The notes beneath the pieces are model-generated. The model was not told the origin of the DNA. It saw nothing but the letters and a program-made list of their open reading frames with translations, and ran no database searches. A program made the translations under genes and the position numbers. Below, piece by piece: positions 54,830-60,497 of a DNA stretch of 60,497 bases; position 1 is the first letter of the stretch, and the number at the start of each line of letters is the position of its first letter. Origin of the DNA: an uncultured Clostridia bacterium (GTDB taxonomy: Bacteria > Bacillota > Clostridia > Oscillospirales > CAG-272); the NCBI GenBank assembly GCA_946404035.1, contig CAMJCC010000002.1, positions 1 to 60,497 on the forward strand, written 5' to 3'.

Positions 54830-56926
54830 ATGAAATCGGTAAGCGAAACTTTCGGCAGCATGGTCTTTGACGACAGAGTGATGCGGGCGACCCTCTCCGC
54901 CAAGGTGTACGCGTCGTTGAAGAAGACGATCGACGAGGGCGAAACGCTGGATATCGGCGTCGCCAACGCGGTCGCGCAGGCAATGAAGGATTGGGCGGTC
55001 GAACGCGGCGCCACGCACTTTACGCATTGGTTCCAGCCGCTGACCGGCATCACCGCCGAAAAGCACGACAGCTTTATTTCTCCCTCGCCCGACGGCAGCG
55101 TGATCATGGAGTTCTCGGGCAAGGAGCTCATCAAGGGCGAGCCCGACGCGTCTTCCTTCCCGTCCGGCGGTCTTCGCGCGACCTTCGAGGCGCGGGGCTA
55201 CACCGCCTGGGACCCGACCTCCTACGCGTTTATTAAAGGAAAGACGCTCTGCATCCCGACCGCGTTCTGCTCCTACGGCGGACACGCGCTGGATAAGAAG
55301 ACGCCGCTGCTCCGCTCGATGGAAGCCCTGAATAAACAGGCGCTCCGCATCCTGCGGCTGTTCGGCAACGACACGGCGAAATGCGTGCGCAGTTCGGTCG
55401 GTCCCGAGCAGGAATACTTCCTCATTACCAAAGAGATGTACGACGCGCGCCCCGACCTCCGCTTCTGCGGCAGGACCCTCTTCGGCGCGAAGCCCCCGAA
55501 AGGGCAGGAGATGGACGACCACTACTTCGGTGCCATCAAGCCGAAGGTCGCCGAATTCATGGAGGACCTGAACGAGGAACTCTGGAAACTCGGCATCATG
55601 GCGAAGACCGAACATAACGAGGTCGCCCCGGCACAGCACGAGTTGGCGCCCATCTACACCACCACCAACGTCGCGACCGACCACAACCAGCTGACGATGG
55701 AGATGATGCAGAAGGTCGCGTCGCGTCACGGGCTGGTCTGCCTGCTCCACGAGAAACCCTTTGCCGGCGTGAACGGCAGCGGCAAGCACAACAACTGGTC
55801 CATCGCGACAAACGACGGTCAGAACCTGCTCTCTCCGGGCGAAACGCCCTACGAGAACGCACAGTTCCTCTTGTTCCTGTGCGCCGTCATCAAGGCGGTC
55901 GACGACTACCAGGATCTGCTCCGCATCTCGGTCGCGACGGCGGGCAACGACCATCGGCTGGGCGCGAACGAGGCGCCCCCGGCGGTGATCTCGATGTTCC
56001 TCGGCGACGAACTGACGGCGGTGCTCGACGCGATCGAAAACGACGCGCCGTACAAGGGAGCCGAGAAGACCCAGATGAAACTCGGCGTGCACGTTCTGCC
56101 GAAATTCAACCGCGACACCACCGACCGCAACCGTACCTCTCCGTTCGCCTTTACCGGCAACAAGTTCGAGTTCCGTATGCTCGGCTCGTCGAACAGCATC
56201 GCCTGCGCGAACATCATGCTGAACTCCGCCGTCGCCGAGAGTTTGAAGATCTACGCCGACAAACTCGAGGGAGCGAAGGACTTTGAAGCCGCGCTCCACG
56301 ACCTGATCAAGGAAACGATCAAGGAACACAAGCGCATCATCTTCAACGGCAACGGCTACGACGACGCTTGGATCAAGGAGGCGACCGAGGTCCGGGGGCT
56401 CAAGAACTACCGCACCACCCCCGACTGTATGCCGCACCTGCTCGACAAGAAGAACGTCGATATGCTGACGAGCCACAAGGTCTTCTCGGTCGAGGAACTG
56501 AGATCCCGCTGCGACATCATGCTCGAAAACTACTGCAAGACCGTCGTGATCGAGGCGAATACCATGATCGATATGGCGAAGACCGAGATCGCACCCGCAG
56601 TCGAGCGCTTTTCCGCCGATCTGGCGAAGAACGTCGCGGCGAAGAAAGCCGTCGCTCCGACGCTCGCCTGTGCCTACGAGACCGGGCTGATCTCCAAACT
56701 GTCCGATCTTACCGACCGGATCGTTTCGGCGGTCTCCGAGTTGCAGAGCGCGGTCATCGCCCTGCACGACTGCGACGGCGTCGAAGAGGAAGCGTATGCG
56801 ATCCGCGACGACGTGCTGCAGAAGATGTGCGCGCTCCGGCTCGCCTGCGACGAGGCGGAAACGCTGACCGAAAAGAAATACTGGCCCTATCCGACCTACG
56901 CCGACATTCTGTTCAGCGTCAGGTAA
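54830..56926 (+). CDS. glnN: Glutamine synthetase, type III (698 aa)
   Basis: Length and motifs typical of GS-III: [74 protein letters not shown]. Confidence 0.88.
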   Translation: MKSVSETFGSMVFDDRVMRATLSAKVYASLKKTIDEGETLDIGVANAVAQAMKDWAVERGATHFTHWFQPLTGITAEKHDSFISPSPDGSVIMEFSGKELIKGEPDASSFPSGGLRATFEARGYTAWDPTSYAFIKGKTLCIPTAFCSYGGHALDKKTPLLRSMEALNKQALRILRLFGNDTAKCVRSSVGPEQEYFLITKEMYDARPDLRFCGRTLFGAKPPKGQEMDDHYFGAIKPKVAEFMEDLNEELWKLGIMAKTEHNEVAPAQHELAPIYTTTNVATDHNQLTMEMMQKVASRHGLVCLLHEKPFAGVNGSGKHNNWSIATNDGQNLLSPGETPYENAQFLLFLCAVIKAVDDYQDLLRISVATAGNDHRLGANEAPPAVISMFLGDELTAVLDAIENDAPYKGAEKTQMKLGVHVLPKFNRDTTDRNRTSPFAFTGNKFEFRMLGSSNSIACANIMLNSAVAESLKIYADKLEGAKDFEAALHDLIKETIKEHKRIIFNGNGYDDAWIKEATEVRGLKNYRTTPDCMPHLLDKKNVDMLTSHKVFSVEELRSRCDIMLENYCKTVVIEANTMIDMAKTEIAPAVERFSADLAKNVAAKKAVAPTLACAYETGLISKLSDLTDRIVSAVSELQSAVIALHDCDGVEEEAYAIRDDVLQKMCALRLACDEAETLTEKKYWPYPTYADILFSVR

Positions 56927-56956
56927 CGCTTATGATTTAGACAAGGAGATATTCCC

Positions 56957-58711
56957 ATGACACCCCAAGAGATCGTAACGCTCGTCAAAGAAACCGCAAC
57001 CAAGGAAGTGTTCGGCGTCTGGTTTTTGATCGGAGCCGCGTTGGTCTTCTTTATGCAGGCAGGGTTCGCGATGGTCGAGACCGGCTTCACCCGCGCAAAG
57101 AATGCCGGCAATATCATCATGAAGAACCTGATGGACTTCTGCATCGGGACCGTGGTCTTCGTCCTGCTCGGTTTCTCCCTGATGATGGCGGAGGATTACG
57201 TCCTCGGGGTGATCGGCGTCCCGAACCTGAAGATCCTGACCGATTTCGGCGCCTTCCTCCGGGACGGCAACGCGCCCTCCTTCGTCTTCAACCTCGTTTT
57301 CTGCGCGACCGCCGCGACCATCGTTTCGGGCTCGATGGCGGAGCGCACCAAATTCCTCTCCTACTGCATCTATTCCGGCGTGATCTCGCTGTTCGTCTAT
57401 CCGATCGAGGCGGGATGGGTCTGGAACGAGGCGGGCTGGCTCGTGAAACTCGGTTTCCACGACTTCGCCGGCTCCGCCGCCATCCACTCGGTCGGCGGCG
57501 TGACCGCCCTGATCGGTGCGATCCTGGTCGGTCCGCGGCTCGGTAAATACCTCAAGGACGGCGCGGGCAAGGTGACCAAGGTCAACGCCATCCCCGGCCA
57601 TTCGATCACGCTGGGCGCGCTCGGATGCTTCGTCCTCTGGTTCGGCTGGTACGGCTTCAACGGCGCCGCCGCCTGGGACGGGAACTCGCTGGCTTCGATC
57701 TTCGTGACCACGACGGTCGCTCCGGCGGTCGCCACCTGCACCACGATGATCTACACCTGGATCAAGAACGGCAAACCCGACGTTTCGATGTGCCTGAACG
57801 CATCGCTCGCGGGACTGGTCGGGATCACGGCGGGATGCGACGCGCTGAACGCCGTCGGGGCGACCGTGGTCGGGATCGTGTCCGGCTTGCTCGTGGTCTT
57901 CGTCGTCGAGTTCCTTGACCTGAAACTCCATATCGACGATCCGGTCGGCGCCGTCGGCGTCCACCTGGCAAACGGCGTCTGGGGCACCATCGCTGTCGGT
58001 CTGCTCGCCGACCCCGCCGCTCCGGCAGGACTGAAAGGTCTGTTCTACACCGGCAGCTTCCGTCTGCTCGGCGTGCAGTTGCTCGGCATCACGGCGATCC
58101 TCGCGTGGACGGCTCTCTTGATGACGGCGACCTTCCTGATCTTAAAAAAGACCGTCGGGCTCCGCGTTTCGGCGGAGGAGGAGATCAAGGGGCTTGACAA
58201 GACCGAGCACGGTCTGCCCAGCGCCTACGCCGATTTCGTCCCCGCGGTGGAGAGCTTGGACTACGGCTTCGGCGGTGCCGTCGCCGTTTCGGGCGAGACC
58301 CCGGTCTCCGAGGCGATCCCGGTCAAGCGCGTGCCGTCGTTCGACGAAACGCAGCCCAAATTCACCAAGATCGAGATCATCTGCAAGGAGCCGCGCTTTG
58401 AAGCTCTGAAAGCCGCGATGATGGACGTCGGGATCACCGGTATGACGGTCTCGCACGTGCTGGGCTGCGGCGCGCAGAAGGGACAGCCCGAATACTACCG
58501 CGGCGTCCCGGTCGAAGCGACCTTGCTCCCGAAGATCCAGGTCGATATCGTGGTCAGTAAAGTGCCGGTCCGCACGGTCATCGAGACCGCGAAAAAGGTG
58601 CTTTACACCGGGCATATCGGCGACGGCAAGATCTTCGTCTACGACGTCGAGAACGTGGTGAAGGTCCGCACCGGCGAGGAGGGCTACGACGCTCTCCAGG
58701 ACGTGGAGTGA
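56957..58711 (+). CDS. amt: Ammonium transporter (Amt) fused to a C-terminal P-II (GlnK/GlnB-like) domain
   Basis: The Amt core has FAMVETGFTRAKN, AGSAAIHSVGG, FGWYGFNG and HLANGVWG. After a linker, the last 115 aa or so read KIEIICKEPRFEALKAAMMDVGITGMTVSHVLGCG...GDGKIFVYDVENVVKVRTGE, a P-II fold signature. Confidence 0.88.
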   Translation: MTPQEIVTLVKETATKEVFGVWFLIGAALVFFMQAGFAMVETGFTRAKNAGNIIMKNLMDFCIGTVVFVLLGFSLMMAEDYVLGVIGVPNLKILTDFGAFLRDGNAPSFVFNLVFCATAATIVSGSMAERTKFLSYCIYSGVISLFVYPIEAGWVWNEAGWLVKLGFHDFAGSAAIHSVGGVTALIGAILVGPRLGKYLKDGAGKVTKVNAIPGHSITLGALGCFVLWFGWYGFNGAAAWDGNSLASIFVTTTVAPAVATCTTMIYTWIKNGKPDVSMCLNASLAGLVGITAGCDALNAVGATVVGIVSGLLVVFVVEFLDLKLHIDDPVGAVGVHLANGVWGTIAVGLLADPAAPAGLKGLFYTGSFRLLGVQLLGITAILAWTALLMTATFLILKKTVGLRVSAEEEIKGLDKTEHGLPSAYADFVPAVESLDYGFGGAVAVSGETPVSEAIPVKRVPSFDETQPKFTKIEIICKEPRFEALKAAMMDVGITGMTVSHVLGCGAQKGQPEYYRGVPVEATLLPKIQVDIVVSKVPVRTVIETAKKVLYTGHIGDGKIFVYDVENVVKVRTGEEGYDALQDVE

Positions 58712-58717
58712 CGCGCC

Positions 58718-60301
58718 ATGTGTTCGATATTCGGATATTGCGGCCCCATACCGGACAGAGCCGCGTTTGACAGGGCGTTTTCTGAAACCGTATCGCGCGG
58801 TCCGGACGACAGTCGCGTGATGCAGGCGGGAGACGGGCTCATGGCTTTCCACCGTCTCTCGATCATGGGGCTCACGCCCGAAGGCATGCAGCCGTTCACT
58901 CTGAACGGCTGCAAAGCCGTATGTAACGGAGAGCTTTACGGTTTTACGCGCGAGCGCGCGCGACTGATCGAAAAGGGGTATAAGTTCCAGAGCGACAGCG
59001 ACTGCGAGATCCTGCTCCCGATGTACTTCGAGTACGGGACCGACCTCTTTTCAAAACTCGACGCCGAGTTTGCCTGCGTGATCTTCGACGGTCGGACAGG
59101 GGAATGGATCGCCGCCCGCGACCCGATCGGGATCCGCCCGCTCTACTACGGGTACGACAAAAACGGGACGATCCTCTTCGCGAGCGAGGCGAAGAACCTT
59201 GTGGGGCTGACGGCAAAGATCCTGCCGTTCCCGCCGGGGCACTACTACAAGGGCGGACGGTTCGTCCGCTACGCCGATCCCGCAAAGGTCGACAAGGTCC
59301 TCTCCGACGACGTCGAAACGGCGTGCAAAAACATCCGCGAGAAGCTGATCGCCGGGGTGGAAAAACGGCTGATCTCCGACGCAAAGGTCGGGTTCCTGCT
59401 CTCGGGAGGGCTCGACAGTTCGCTGGTCTGCGCGATCGCACAGAAAAAGTGCAGTCATCCCATCAAGACCTTTGCGATCGGGATGAGCGAGGACGCGATC
59501 GACCTCAAGTACGCGCGACAGGTCGCCGACTACATCGGGGCGGACCACACCGAGGTCTATATGACCCCGGACGACGTGATCGGCTCTCTTGAAACGGTGG
59601 TCCGGCTGCTCGGTACTTTCGACATCACCACGATCCGCGCCAGTATGGGGATGTACCTGGTCTGCCGTGCCATCCACGAGACCACCGATCTCAGGGTGCT
59701 GCTCACCGGCGAGATCTCGGACGAGCTCTTCGGCTACAAGTACACCGACTTCGCGCCCGACGCCGCGGCGTTCCAAGCCGAAGCCGAAAAGCGGATCTCG
59801 GAACTCCACATGTACGACGTTCTGCGCGCCGACCGCTGCATCTCGGTCAACTCGCTCGAGGCGCGGGTCCCGTTCGGGGATCTCGATTTCGTCAAATACG
59901 TGATGGCGCTGGACCCCGCGATCAAGATGAACGTGTACGGAAAAGGGAAGTATCTGCTCCGGCATGCGTTCGAGGGGCTCGGGTATCTGCCCGACGCGAT
60001 CCTCTGGCGCGAGAAAGCGGCGTTCTCGGACGCGGTCGGTCACTCGATGGTCGACGACCTGAAAGAATACGCCGAGCGTGTCTACACGGACGAAGAGTTC
60101 GACGTGCGTCGGCAAAAGTACGACTACGCGCGCCCCTTTACCAAGGAAGCGCTCCTCTACCGCGAACTGTTTGAAAAGTACTATCCCGGACAGGCAGAGA
60201 TGATCGCCGGCTTCTGGATGCCGAACAAGAGCTGGAAAGGCTGCGACGTGAACGACCCGTCGGCGCGTGTGCTGGCAAACTACGGCGACAGCGGAAAATA
60301 A
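58718..60301 (+). CDS. asnB: Asparagine synthase (glutamine-hydrolysing)
   Basis: N-terminal MCSIFGY nucleophile. SGGLDSS PP-loop. Confidence 0.9.
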   Translation: MCSIFGYCGPIPDRAAFDRAFSETVSRGPDDSRVMQAGDGLMAFHRLSIMGLTPEGMQPFTLNGCKAVCNGELYGFTRERARLIEKGYKFQSDSDCEILLPMYFEYGTDLFSKLDAEFACVIFDGRTGEWIAARDPIGIRPLYYGYDKNGTILFASEAKNLVGLTAKILPFPPGHYYKGGRFVRYADPAKVDKVLSDDVETACKNIREKLIAGVEKRLISDAKVGFLLSGGLDSSLVCAIAQKKCSHPIKTFAIGMSEDAIDLKYARQVADYIGADHTEVYMTPDDVIGSLETVVRLLGTFDITTIRASMGMYLVCRAIHETTDLRVLLTGEISDELFGYKYTDFAPDAAAFQAEAEKRISELHMYDVLRADRCISVNSLEARVPFGDLDFVKYVMALDPAIKMNVYGKGKYLLRHAFEGLGYLPDAILWREKAAFSDAVGHSMVDDLKEYAERVYTDEEFDVRRQKYDYARPFTKEALLYRELFEKYYPGQAEMIAGFWMPNKSWKGCDVNDPSARVLANYGDSGK

Positions 60302-60324
60302 ATCACGACAAGGAGATAAAGACC

Positions 60325-60497
60325 ATGGAAAAGAGAGAACAACTTTACGAGGGCAAGGCGAAAAAGGTCTTCAAAACCGACGATCCCGAGAAACTGATCG
60401 TTTCCTACAAGGACGACGCGACGGCGTTCAACGGACTGAAAAAGGGGACCATTCAGGGCAAGGGCGTCATCAACAACCAGATGAGCAACCGGCTGAT
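60325..60497 (+). CDS. purC: Phosphoribosylaminoimidazole-succinocarboxamide synthase (3' partial)
   Basis: [37 protein letters not shown] is a typical PurC N-terminus. It runs off the window end. Confidence 0.85.
   Translation, partial: MEKREQLYEGKAKKVFKTDDPEKLIVSYKDDATAFNGLKKGTIQGKGVINNQMSNRL

Overview
High-GC, Clostridia-like (spore-forming Firmicute) chromosomal window, judged from sigG, a SleB-type cortex hydrolase, Firmicute-style riboswitches and sigma-A promoters in AT-rich gaps. Contents in order: transketolase C-terminal subunit (partial); SGNH hydrolase; SleB-like hydrolase; a FolT-FolC fusion behind a THF riboswitch; an isolated Wzz/BY-kinase pair; pcrA; a DUF1538 membrane protein with two P-II-like proteins; a phosphoribosyltransferase; a NUDIX hydrolase. 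Then comes the most unusual locus (about 12.8-26.4 kb): a sigma-A promoter, a c-di-GMP-I (GEMM) riboswitch and an overlapping intrinsic terminator. These gate a tight four-gene operon of three secreted or anchored proteins with TasA/camelysin (SipW-type)-like N-terminal motifs and a 3,476-aa GLUG-motif repeat protein with a signal peptide but no recognisable anchor. Downstream: a PduL/NifU-like/GGGtGRT operon; a ClpP-like TepA; and a roughly 14.7-kb phage-like structural block (terminase small and large, portal, capsid, LRR tail-like protein, three membrane proteins). That block shows no integrase, replication genes, tape measure or endolysin, and it ends directly at sigG. A Cys-repeat lipoprotein follows. 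The window closes with a nitrogen-assimilation supercluster: split archaeal-type GOGAT, GS-I and an ANTAR regulator on the minus strand, divergent from GS-III, an Amt-P-II fusion and asnB. Both divergent leaders carry related terminator-like hairpins. purC is partial at the end. No rRNA, tRNA or CRISPR array was seen. All calls come from reading the sequence and the ORF track; no database searches or computations were run.
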